From Coleofasciculus chthonoplastes F2-STO-03 (GTDB lineage Bacteria > Cyanobacteriota > Cyanobacteriia > Cyanobacteriales > Coleofasciculaceae): a stretch of DNA of 13,606 nt. The notes beneath the pieces are model-generated. The model was not told where the DNA came from, searched no databases, and saw nothing but the letters and a program-made list of their open reading frames with translations. Shown here piece after piece: positions 1 to 8,443 of the stretch. The position numbers and the translations under genes are program-made. The first letter of the stretch is position 1, and each line of letters starts with the position of its first letter. The stretch is taken from the NCBI GenBank assembly GCA_040222015.1, contig JAVJWO010000164.1, forward strand, positions 1 to 13,606. Reading direction: 5' to 3'.

Positions 1-102
1 CTTGTTTCATGGCTAAACTATACCACTACATGGGATAGAAAGAGAGAGATTGAAAATACTTCGGGGATTGACCCCTCGCATTTTCCGCTATCCCCCTACC
101 CC

Positions 103-825
103 TTACTTCGTTGAAGGGGTAGCCCCTTGCGATTCGGGTGGCGCAAGTTTTGAACCAACCCCTAAAAAGTTGATGACTTGGTGCAACAAGTCTGCTTTTG
201 TCACCACAAGTATCGTTGATCCGGGTTCAAGTACCGTATTGTCATTAGGAATGACTAAATCCGCATGGGGATGGGATTGATAACCAATAATTAAGGAACC
301 CTTTGGAAACCGAGAATCCTGAATCACTTGAGCCACAGTACGCCCTGCAACATCCGATTCCCCTGGTACTCCTAGTTTAAATACTTCCACCTGACCCTGT
401 TCATAGTGCATAATCGATTCCACTTCTGGATATTCGATCGCGTTGACCATGCGATTGACAGCTAAGTCAACAGTGCTAATGATATGATGAGCGCCAGCAA
501 TGCGTAGAGGCTCCTTAAAATCCCGTTGGCGGATGCGAGTAATAATATGGGGAACACCAAAATGTTTCGCCAGGGTAACCATTGCCAAATTCAACGCATC
601 ATCTCGCAGCACCGCCGCCATTGCATTGGCTTTGCGAATCCCAGCTTCGAGTAGCACTTGGGTAGTGACGGCGCTCCCTTCAAATGCCATAACCCCCACT
701 TGTTCGCGAGCATACCGACAAGCTGTCGGATCTGTATCAATAATCGCGATCGTATGTCCTAATTCCACTAACTGCTGGGCTAAACTCAACCCCACTAATC
801 CCGCGCCGCCGATTAATACGTACAT
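103..825 (-). CDS. trkA: TrkA/KtrA-family K+ uptake regulatory protein (RCK_N Rossmann + RCK_C domains)
   Basis: N-terminal MYVLIGGAGLVG (GxGxxG), 'IIDTD', 'GSA...LLEAGI', 'DALNL', and a C-terminal 'VIPNDNTVLEPGSTILVV' typical of TrkA_C. Start set at ATG 825 (AAGGA just upstream) instead of 846, whose extra codons come from the heptamer repeat. Confidence 0.88.
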   Translation of the reverse strand: MYVLIGGAGLVGLSLAQQLVELGHTIAIIDTDPTACRYAREQVGVMAFEGSAVTTQVLLEAGIRKANAMAAVLRDDALNLAMVTLAKHFGVPHIITRIRQRDFKEPLRIAGAHHIISTVDLAVNRMVNAIEYPEVESIMHYEQGQVEVFKLGVPGESDVAGRTVAQVIQDSRFPKGSLIIGYQSHPHADLVIPNDNTVLEPGSTILVVTKADLLHQVINFLGVGSKLAPPESQGATPSTK

Positions 826-831
826 GATTCC

Positions 832-857
832 TTGGTCATTTGTCATTTGTCATTTGT
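832..857. repeat. Heptamer tandem repeat TT(G/T)GTCA, STRR2-like
   Basis: ttggtca-tttgtca-tttgtca-tttgt matches the STRR2 consensus of filamentous cyanobacteria. Confidence 0.8.
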
Positions 858-866
858 GATGGGACT

Positions 867-912
867 ATCTCCCTCATCTCCCCCAGATCTCCCATCACCC
901 CATCTTCCCCAG
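867..912. repeat. Degenerate 7-9-nt C-rich tandem repeat (ATCTCCCC-like)
   Basis: atctccctc / atctccccc / ag / atctccc / atcacccc / atcttcccc / ag. Confidence 0.6.
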
Positions 913-992
913 CCTAGCGGATGACAGAGGCTAACTAAAAATGGTACAACATCTTAGTTTAAATAAACGGGATAATTAAGTGAGGAAGCGGA

Positions 993-2471
993 ATGTACAT
1001 TATCCAGGTTGCCTCTGAATGCGCCCCTGTGAGCAAAGCCGGCGGCTTAGGGGATGTGGTTTATGGGTTGAGTCGGGAGTTAGAGATTCAGGGACATTGC
1101 ATCGAACTGATTCTGCCCAAATATGACAATATGCGCTATGACCACATCTGGGGACTCCATGATGCCTATATTAATCTCTGGGTACCCTGGTACGGTGCGG
1201 CGATTCACTGTTCCGTCTATTGTGGTTGGGTTCATGGACGAGTCTGTTTCTTTATCGAACCCCATTCCCAGGATAATTTCTTTAATCGGGGCTGCTACTA
1301 CGGTTGTGATGACGATAACATACGGTTTGCTTTCTTTTGTAAAGCCGCTTTAGAGTTTATACTTCAGAGTAATAAGCGTCCTGATGTTATCCACTGTCAC
1401 GATTGGCAGACGGGTTTACTTCCAGTCATGCTCTTTGAGATCTACAAATATCATGGCATGGAAAATCAACGGGTATGCTACACCATTCACAACTTTAAGC
1501 ACCAAGGAATGGGGGGAAGTGAGATCCTTTGGGCAACAGGGTTGAATCGGGAAGCCTATTATTTTCAGGATGATCGCCTGAAAGATAATTTTAATCCCTT
1601 TGCCTTAAACTTTATGAAAGGCGGTATTGTCTACTCTAATGCGGTGACAACTGTTTCCCCTCATCATTCCTGGGAAGCTCGTTTCACACCCATCGGATGT
1701 GGCTTAGGTCATACGTTACATTTACATCAGGATAAGTTTACTGGGATTCTCAATGGCATTAACGATGATTTTTGGAATCCGGAACAAGACCGCTATATTC
1801 CCTATCACTACGCCTCGGATAGTTTTGAAGATAAAGCGAAAAATAAAAAAGCGTTGCGGGAACAGCTTTTAATTCAGGATGTTGATAAACCAATTGTGGC
1901 GTTTATTGGTCGTTTAGATGATCAAAAAGGTGTTCATCTTGTCCATCATGCCATCTATTACTCTCTGCATAAGGGCGCTCAATTCGTTTTGTTAGGGTCG
2001 GCGACAGCGGCGGCGATTAATTCCTGGTTCTGGCACGAGAAATACTACTTAAATGATAACCCTGATGTCCATTTGGAACTGGGCTTTAATGAGGAATTAT
2101 CTCATTTGATTTATGCCGGAGCCGATTTTATTCTGGTGCCGAGTAATTATGAACCCTGCGGACTGACTCAAATTATTGGCTTAAAGTACGGAACCGTGCC
2201 AATTGTGCGGAGCGTGGGGGGACTGGTTAATACGGTGTTTGACCGCGATCACCACCCGAATCACCCCATGGAAAAACGCAATGGCTATGTGTTCAATCAC
2301 ACCGATTATTATGCGTTGGAATCTACGATGGATCGGGCATTAGGATTGTGGTATGACTATCCGGACGAGTTCCGTAAACTGGCGCTTCAAGGTATGGCTT
2401 ATGATTACTCGTGGAGTACTTCGGCATCTAAGTATGTGAAGATTTACGACATGATCCGACATAAATATTAA
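993..2471 (+). CDS. glgA: Glycogen synthase (GT5), GlgA2-type
   Basis: KAGGLGDV (KxGGL ADP-glucose motif), HCHDWQT, TIHN, GILNGI, GRLDDQKG, PSNYEPCGLTQ, VGGLVNTV. The N-terminus MYIIQVASECAPV resembles the Synechocystis GlgA2 clade as I recall it. GAGGA lies upstream of the ATG. Confidence 0.96.
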   Translation: MYIIQVASECAPVSKAGGLGDVVYGLSRELEIQGHCIELILPKYDNMRYDHIWGLHDAYINLWVPWYGAAIHCSVYCGWVHGRVCFFIEPHSQDNFFNRGCYYGCDDDNIRFAFFCKAALEFILQSNKRPDVIHCHDWQTGLLPVMLFEIYKYHGMENQRVCYTIHNFKHQGMGGSEILWATGLNREAYYFQDDRLKDNFNPFALNFMKGGIVYSNAVTTVSPHHSWEARFTPIGCGLGHTLHLHQDKFTGILNGINDDFWNPEQDRYIPYHYASDSFEDKAKNKKALREQLLIQDVDKPIVAFIGRLDDQKGVHLVHHAIYYSLHKGAQFVLLGSATAAAINSWFWHEKYYLNDNPDVHLELGFNEELSHLIYAGADFILVPSNYEPCGLTQIIGLKYGTVPIVRSVGGLVNTVFDRDHHPNHPMEKRNGYVFNHTDYYALESTMDRALGLWYDYPDEFRKLALQGMAYDYSWSTSASKYVKIYDMIRHKY

Positions 2472-2482
2472 CTGCCTCGTGA

Positions 2483-2527
2483 TCAAACTCTTACATAAAC
2501 ATAAGACAAATGAGAATCTCCGCCGTT
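2483..2527 (+). repeat. Partial copy of the dispersed repeat at 4441-4518
   Basis: 2483-2508 matches 4441-4466 at 25/26 nt; TCTCCGCCGTT occurs at 2517-2527 and 4508-4518. Confidence 0.8.
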
Positions 2528-2549
2528 AACTTTAATTGGTCTCACTAAC

Positions 2550-4265
2550 TTAGAAAGGTTGAAAAAGAATGGAAAAGGTAATCCCATTGTCTTGTAGAGA
2601 ACCGCCTTCATCCTCAACGCTATTTAGAGGAATCCCCCAATAAAGTTGGGCTGACCACGATGGATCGCGTTGCCACAAAAGTCCTAACCCAATACTGGCT
2701 AAGGTGTTAGGATTAGTAACCTCACCCTTGTGGTTCCAAACGGTGCCAATATCGAAAAAAGGAGCAATTTGGACAGTCCCAATTCCCTCCGGTTGGCGGA
2801 TAATTGGTAAACGAACTTCCACGGAACCAATAATTCCATTGTCAGCCACGCGCTGATTTTGGCGATAACCTCGTACTGTATCAATTCCGCCAATATTGAA
2901 CTGTTCTAGCGGTAAGAGAGAATCATGAGAGAGTTGCGCTCCAGCGCGAGCAATAATAATACTATCTTCACCTAAAGCTTGCACCCATTGAAACTGTCCC
3001 ACCCAACTCATAAACCGCCCATCTGTACCCGTGTCATTGATTGTGGCGTCAAATGCATTCAAGCCAAAACTAAACTGCGATCGCGCGGCTAAGACGCGAT
3101 CGGTTGAACGGTTGAGCCAGTCTTGACTAAACCGCAATACTGTGACTTTCGATTCCCCATCTTCGGGTCCCAGAGAAAAGGAAAACGGGATATCATCCAG
3201 GACAAAGGTTTGGCTTTGACGCAAATCCAGAGACAAGGAAAGGGCAAAGTCACTCGTTGGCGTATGGACAATCGGTTGGCGAAACCCCACGGAAAAGGTT
3301 TCTGAGTTGGAGTTAATATCTAAGACCGAAAACGGATCTTCAACAATATCACTATCGCTATGGTTGTAGCTGAGACTTAACGTACCATCCCTGGGATTGA
3401 GGGGAACTTCATAGCTCAGACTATACTGATCCACCCCTTCAGTTATGCCATAATCGGCACTTATGCGATCGCCTAATCCCAATAGATTCTGATTCTCCAC
3501 CCTCACTGTTCCCCCCAAGGAACCGACACTGGGAGAGTCTCGATTCTCTATAGTCACAGAACTCATCCAAGGGTTTGCCTCTTCTAGCTGTAGGTTTAAC
3601 ACACTGGTTCCACCCATGGTTCCTGCTGATAACTCGGCTTGAATTTGATCCAGTATCGGATCAAGTTGCAGCAGTTGCAACGCCTCCTCCAAACGACGAA
3701 TATTCACCGGGGTTTGCGTCGCCAACTGAATCCGCGATCGCACGTAATCATCCCGCAAACGCTCTAATCCTTGAATCTCAATGCGTTCGATGCTCCCTTC
3801 AACCACCTGAATTCTCACCACACCATCGGTAATATCCTGAGACGGAAGAAAAGCACCTGAGGTGGTGTAGCCATTGTCCGTATATAACTCGGTAATTGCC
3901 GTGCGAATCGCTAAGAGTTCTTCAAACGAAGCATTTTGACCAATAAAGGGCGCAACAACCGCTTGCAATTCAGCCGGGGAAAAAACAGTACTCCCGAGTA
4001 CCTCGACTCGTTCAACCGTGACATTAATCTCCAAATCGGGTACTGGCGTCAGGGGTGTTCCCGGCGTTGGTGTGAGTGGGGGAAGAGGTGGGGGCGTCTC
4101 TGGGGGCGTCGTTGGTAAAGAAGGCAGATTGGGACGAGTGGGTTCCAGGATACCTGGTGGAATATCTGGATTAGTTTGACTCATCGGTGGTAAGTCCTGA
4201 GCTAGGGCGGTACAGCTCCAGCTCAAGTACACCAGATTTAAAGTCCAAAGAAACCGTTTAAACAT
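2550..4265 (-). CDS. TpsB / ShlB-FhaC-HecB family outer-membrane secretion-activation protein (POTRA + beta-barrel)
   Basis: Signal peptide (MFKRFLW...ALA|Q), Pro-rich linker, POTRA (VERVEVLGSTVFS...YTDNGYTTSGA...VRIQVVEG), conserved VRGY loop-6 motif, APFFDIG, terminal Phe. ATG 4265 preferred over TTG 4280. Confidence 0.93.
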   Translation of the reverse strand: MFKRFLWTLNLVYLSWSCTALAQDLPPMSQTNPDIPPGILEPTRPNLPSLPTTPPETPPPLPPLTPTPGTPLTPVPDLEINVTVERVEVLGSTVFSPAELQAVVAPFIGQNASFEELLAIRTAITELYTDNGYTTSGAFLPSQDITDGVVRIQVVEGSIERIEIQGLERLRDDYVRSRIQLATQTPVNIRRLEEALQLLQLDPILDQIQAELSAGTMGGTSVLNLQLEEANPWMSSVTIENRDSPSVGSLGGTVRVENQNLLGLGDRISADYGITEGVDQYSLSYEVPLNPRDGTLSLSYNHSDSDIVEDPFSVLDINSNSETFSVGFRQPIVHTPTSDFALSLSLDLRQSQTFVLDDIPFSFSLGPEDGESKVTVLRFSQDWLNRSTDRVLAARSQFSFGLNAFDATINDTGTDGRFMSWVGQFQWVQALGEDSIIIARAGAQLSHDSLLPLEQFNIGGIDTVRGYRQNQRVADNGIIGSVEVRLPIIRQPEGIGTVQIAPFFDIGTVWNHKGEVTNPNTLASIGLGLLWQRDPSWSAQLYWGIPLNSVEDEGGSLQDNGITFSILFQPF

Positions 4266-4388
4266 AAAACAGTAGCGCAAAGGTCATCGGTTGACAAGGA
4301 TGCAGAGAAACCCCGGACTGTTTTAAGCGTATATTTACCAAAAAAATTAATTTATACCACAAAACATTCATGCTAGGTAATATTCTTT

Positions 4389-4527
4389 TAAGTAGGTTGG
4401 TGGAAATAAACTCAACCTTATGAAGTTATGTAAATATACCTCAAACCCTTACATAAACATAAGACATAAGACATAAGACGTAGCTTGCTTCTTTTCGGGC
4501 AGCGAGTTCTCCGCCGTTTTCTACTTA
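4389..4527. mobile_element. Putative MITE-like dispersed element (~139 bp) with an internal (ACATAAG)3 tract
   Basis: Inverted ends TAAGTAG (4389-4395) and CTACTTA (4521-4527), with weak further inverted similarity (GGTGGA / TCCGCC). Internal sequence is shared with 2483-2527. ACATAAG x3 at 4457-4477. No transposase in the window. Confidence 0.45.
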
Positions 4528-4704
4528 TTTCTTGTTCTGCTTTCACCATCAGTTACCGGAAAAAATAAAATATAGTGGCAGATTAGAAGACTGTTTATCC
4601 CCTGTTTTTGACCATTGATCAACCCTGAGACCTTCAAATTCAGACCTGCCAGTTCAGATAGAAATTGCTTAAGATAGAGTTAATCGTTATCGTTGTTCCG
4701 AAAA

Positions 4705-7299
4705 ATGTCCCACGGTTGGCAGATTTGGCGTCGATTTATTGGATTATCTTTAGCCAGCCTTGTCTTTTGTATCAGCTTTCATTCCTGGTCTACTGGGCAA
4801 GCCGAACCCGCGACAGAAATTCAACAACAGCAATTACTTACACCGGCTTCTGAAAAACAGCTGGTGTCCAAGGGAATTGCATCCTATCAAATCGGAGAAT
4901 TCTCCCAAGCCATTAACTTATGGGAACAAGCCTTACCTCAAATTACCGACGAAAATGATCGAGCAATTGTTCACAATAACCTGGCGTTAGCCTATCAGCA
5001 AACGGGGGAACTGGCTCAGGCGATCGCGCACTGGGAAAAGGCGATCCAAATTTACCAGGCTTCACCGGATGCCGAAAACCAGAAACGGATCGCTGGGCTA
5101 TTAACGGAACAAGCCCAAGCTTACAATGATTTGGGACAACATCCGCGAGCGATTACTCTCTTAGAGTCAGCCATTGAACTCGCCACTGAATACCCAGATT
5201 CCCTAGCAGAAGCTGCCGCTCAAGGCGCTTTAGGCAATGCCCACTGGAGTGTAGGCAACTATGATCAGGCAATTGCCGCCCACAAACAGAGCCTAAAAAT
5301 TGCCCGCGCCTTGAATAATAACAGTTTTATCGCCACGGCTTTAAATAACGTGGGGAATGTTTATGTCAGTAGAGCCAGCCGATCAAGTTATCAGGCGCAG
5401 GTAGCTGAGTTAGAAGGAGATCTCGAAGAGGCGACACGCTTAACCCAAGAGGCGCTTCAGGATTGGACGCAAGCGAGAACATTCTTTGAGCAAAGTCTGG
5501 AAACGGCGCAAGCCTTAGGAAGTTTAACCGAAATTAAAGCCTTAATGAATTTAAATCGCTGGGTGATTAGTCGTCATTGGGCCAATGTCGCTGACAACTC
5601 AGCCGAACCCTTGAGTGAGGACGATCAGGCATTTCTCCAGAGCAATTGGCAACGAGTCAGAGCACTCCTCCCTGGAATACCTGATTCACGACAGAAAGCC
5701 TATACCCTGATTCACCTAGCCGCAAGTTTTCAACAGATCGAGTCAGAAGCTTCAACTCAGGAGTCGATCCAGCTTTTAACCCACGCTTTAACGATAGCCC
5801 AAAAAATAGGCGATGCCAAAGCCCAATCCTTTGCCCTAGGGAGCTTAGGACAGGTGTATGAATCAGCCGGAGACTACAGCACGGCGATGAATTTAACCCG
5901 CCAAGCTGAATTTAGCGCCCAGCAAATTCAATCCTCTGATAGTTTATATCGCTGGCAATGGCAAGCCGGGCGGATGCTAAAAGCCAGAGGTAATATCGCC
6001 TCAGCCATTTCCGCTTATGAACAAGCGATCGCGACGTTGCAAAATATTCGCGGCGATTTAGTCGCCAATAAAGAATTACAACTAGATTTCCGGGAACAGG
6101 TTGAACCCGTTTATCGAGAATTAATTGATTTGCTCCTCAATGCTTCCAGTCGCGATTTGAGCGATCCTAACTCCCAGGAAGAGGTTTCACCCCTGAAAGA
6201 GGTGCTCGATATCGTCGAACTGTTCAAACTGGCAGAGTTGGAAAACTTTTTCGGCGATGAATGCGTGCAAATCGCCAAAGACAAAGCTCAAAATGAGGAA
6301 GGGTTAGCGGATGCCAATGCTGCTGTCATCTATTCAATCATTTTGAACGATCGCACCGAAATGATCCTGCGATCGCCCGATGGTTCCCTGAAAAACTATC
6401 CTATCCCCATCAGCAAGGAAGAGATGGAAGCCGAGATTGAGCAGCTACGCTACTTTCTGGAACTACGCACCACGGAGCAGTATATCCCCCAAGCACAGAA
6501 AATTTATAATTGGCTGATTCGTCCCCTGGAAGCTGATTTAGCCGTCATGCAACCCAAGACGTTAGTCTTCATCAACGATGGCGTCTTGCGTCAGATACCC
6601 ATGAGTGCGCTGCATGATGGTCAAAACTTTTTGATTGAGAAGTATCCCATTGCGATTACTCCCAGTCTGTCATTGACCACCAGCCAACCGTTAGATCGCA
6701 ATCAGTTAAGAGCGCTGAGTCTGGGTTTAACTGTTGCCAGACCTCCCTTTGCCGCTCTCACAAATGTAGAAGCTGAGCTAAATGTGGTTGAAGAAATCTT
6801 AGGCGGGACTGAGTTAATTAATCAGGACTTTACCTTCTCGAACTTGCAAGCCAAACTACGACGCAAAAATTTTCCCGTGGTTCACATGGCAACCCATGGC
6901 AAATTTGGTGTAGATTCCCAGAGTACATTTATACTGGGTTATGATCAACAAATTAGTATTGAACAACTCGACAATCTCTTGCGTTCTCGCGGTCGTCGAG
7001 AAGCGGTCAAACTGCTCACCTTGAGTGCTTGCCAAACCGCGACAGGCAACAATCGTTCCGCGTTAGGAATTGCGGGTGTCGCTGTTCGAGCGGGTGTTGA
7101 GAGTGCTTTAGCGACGTTGTGGTATATCAATGATGAAGCTACCGTACCACTCATTGCCGAATTTTATCGCCAACTGCGCCAACCTGACATCACTCGGGCA
7201 GAAGCGTTAAGACAGGCACAGCTTAAGATGATTTCTAATGTCAATTATAATCATCCAGGGATTTGGTCGCCGTTTATTCTGATTGGCAATTGGCGTTAG
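4705..7299 (+). CDS. Exported TPR-repeat + CHAT (caspase/HetF-like) cysteine protease
   Basis: Signal-like N-terminus (RRFIGLSLASLVFCISF...GQA|E), multiple TPRs (e.g. NNLALAYQQTGELAQAIAHWEKA), and CHAT motifs DGVLRQIPMSALHDG, VHMATHG (His, 6895-6897), LTLSACQT (Cys, 7030-7032), ATLWYINDEAT, HPGIWSPFILIGNW. Alternative TTG start at 4693. Confidence 0.93.
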   Translation: MSHGWQIWRRFIGLSLASLVFCISFHSWSTGQAEPATEIQQQQLLTPASEKQLVSKGIASYQIGEFSQAINLWEQALPQITDENDRAIVHNNLALAYQQTGELAQAIAHWEKAIQIYQASPDAENQKRIAGLLTEQAQAYNDLGQHPRAITLLESAIELATEYPDSLAEAAAQGALGNAHWSVGNYDQAIAAHKQSLKIARALNNNSFIATALNNVGNVYVSRASRSSYQAQVAELEGDLEEATRLTQEALQDWTQARTFFEQSLETAQALGSLTEIKALMNLNRWVISRHWANVADNSAEPLSEDDQAFLQSNWQRVRALLPGIPDSRQKAYTLIHLAASFQQIESEASTQESIQLLTHALTIAQKIGDAKAQSFALGSLGQVYESAGDYSTAMNLTRQAEFSAQQIQSSDSLYRWQWQAGRMLKARGNIASAISAYEQAIATLQNIRGDLVANKELQLDFREQVEPVYRELIDLLLNASSRDLSDPNSQEEVSPLKEVLDIVELFKLAELENFFGDECVQIAKDKAQNEEGLADANAAVIYSIILNDRTEMILRSPDGSLKNYPIPISKEEMEAEIEQLRYFLELRTTEQYIPQAQKIYNWLIRPLEADLAVMQPKTLVFINDGVLRQIPMSALHDGQNFLIEKYPIAITPSLSLTTSQPLDRNQLRALSLGLTVARPPFAALTNVEAELNVVEEILGGTELINQDFTFSNLQAKLRRKNFPVVHMATHGKFGVDSQSTFILGYDQQISIEQLDNLLRSRGRREAVKLLTLSACQTATGNNRSALGIAGVAVRAGVESALATLWYINDEATVPLIAEFYRQLRQPDITRAEALRQAQLKMISNVNYNHPGIWSPFILIGNWR

Positions 7300-7304
7300 T
7301 TATT

Positions 7305-7332
7305 TGTTCATAGTTGATGGTTCATGGTTGCT
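7305..7332. repeat. Degenerate heptamer tandem repeat
   Basis: tgttcat-agttgat-ggttcat-ggttgct immediately after the CHAT stop codon. Confidence 0.5.
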
Positions 7333-7339
7333 CAAAAGA

Positions 7340-7372
7340 GGGAGTAGGGGTATTTGGTATATCCCTACTCCC
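7340..7372. terminator. Stem-loop between the convergent CHAT and DUF928 genes; probable intrinsic terminator
   Basis: GGGAGTAGGGGTAT-ttggt-ATATCCCTACTCCC, 13/14 paired plus one G.T; followed by TCTTTT on the minus strand. Confidence 0.7.
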
Positions 7373-7436
7373 GATATTGTGCTACTGTTCACGCTCTACC
7401 CGCTTTCCCTTCAATTTGGCAGACTGAATTAGACAG

Positions 7437-8288
7437 CTATGGTCTTTTAGCAACATCAAGCCGTTCTTGTTGCGTGACTTGAGTCAAGCCAACTTGCTCA
7501 AGCAGAGCCAGAAAATCATCGTTGATGCCTAGCTCATTAGAATTCGCGGTTTGAACGTTGGACATCGCGGCTAAGGCATCGTACCAAAGCCCAGTCTCAG
7601 CATAACTCCAAGCGCGATCGCGCCACACCTGTGTTGGTACATTGCTCTTAGCAGGAGTTGACAGCCGTTGGGTTTCTAAAGCGGCTGGTGTGGATACCCG
7701 CTCAATCCAGCTAATAAATACGGGATTAGCCGACGGACGCTTGGTATTACAAACCAGAGTGACTGACCATTTGTAGGTTCGTCCAGTTTGCAATTCTGGA
7801 CGATCTTTGGGCACTTGCAACTGTATCATCCCGGCTTGGGGAGAGTCTATCTGTTTCTCAAACAGCGGTTTCGCCACTCCGGGTTCTACTAAAGCAAACC
7901 GCATGGGTACAGAGACAGGCTGTGATAAGTGCCAGAAAAAGGTAGGATGACCTGATATCGTTTGTCCAGCATACTCCTCGGATGGGATCAACAATGTGAC
8001 TAAATCGTTGGTTAACGATTGGCGACAGCCGCGTGAACCCGAGCCGATTGTCCGCCGTGGGTTACTTGCCACGGGTGGTATATATTGTTTAGACGAACGA
8101 TGGGTTGACGTTTTGTTTAACTCTGCGTTGGCAGGTAGATCGTTCCAGATCGAAGTCAGAATTTCTAAATTCTTCGACGACGAAAAAATCCGTGGTTCAG
8201 GTAGGTCGAAAAAGCCGAACATTTGCAGGGAAACAATTGAAGCTGTCCCGGCAATGATCGTTACTATTTTTTGCCGAGTGGTGTTCAT
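7437..8288 (-). CDS. DUF928-family exported protein
   Basis: Hydrophobic N-terminus plus family-typical YIPP...PRRTIGSGSRGC, GQTISGHPTFFWHL, YKWSVTLVCN, SWIERV, YAETGLWYDAL and LLEQVGL. AAGGA upstream of the ATG. Confidence 0.88.
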   Translation of the reverse strand: MNTTRQKIVTIIAGTASIVSLQMFGFFDLPEPRIFSSSKNLEILTSIWNDLPANAELNKTSTHRSSKQYIPPVASNPRRTIGSGSRGCRQSLTNDLVTLLIPSEEYAGQTISGHPTFFWHLSQPVSVPMRFALVEPGVAKPLFEKQIDSPQAGMIQLQVPKDRPELQTGRTYKWSVTLVCNTKRPSANPVFISWIERVSTPAALETQRLSTPAKSNVPTQVWRDRAWSYAETGLWYDALAAMSNVQTANSNELGINDDFLALLEQVGLTQVTQQERLDVAKRP

Positions 8289-8420
8289 GAGATTAATTCC
8301 TTCGTTTCATAAGGGTCTTTTACAAAGGTTTGAGATGTGATGCACCTACTCTAGCTGGTGAAGAATTTTGCCTGAAACATTTTGGACTCAATAGCGCTAT
8401 TGGCTGGCAAAATCTAAATC

Positions 8421-8426
8421 ATTATA
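8421..8426 (-). promoter_or_regulatory. Candidate -10 element (TATAAT) for an internal DUF928 promoter
   Basis: Perfect TATAAT on the minus strand in the cyclase-DUF928 gap. No recognisable -35 element. Confidence 0.25.
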
Positions 8427-8443
8427 CATGGCATTTTGAACAA

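Noticed and set aside
4291..4296. Perfect TTGACA upstream of the CHAT gene
   Set aside because: No -10 hexamer at 16-18 nt spacing.
4726..4745. WRRFIG as a Tat signal in the CHAT protein
   Set aside because: Poor fit to S/T-R-R-x-F-L-K; a Sec signal or membrane anchor is at least as likely.
4705..7299. TPR-CHAT as a CRISPR type III-E (Craspase) or antiphage effector
   Set aside because: No cas genes or repeat-spacer array, and the protein carries an export signal.
8027..8060. GSGSRG in DUF928 resembles the PatS/PatX RGSGR pentapeptide, and it lies near a HetF-related domain
   Set aside because: It is not RGSGR, and it matches the ordinary DUF928 Gly-rich motif.
8336..8351. TGTGA half-sites (also at 855 and 13566) as CRP boxes for cAMP feedback
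   Set aside because: None has the matching TCACA half-site after 6 nt.
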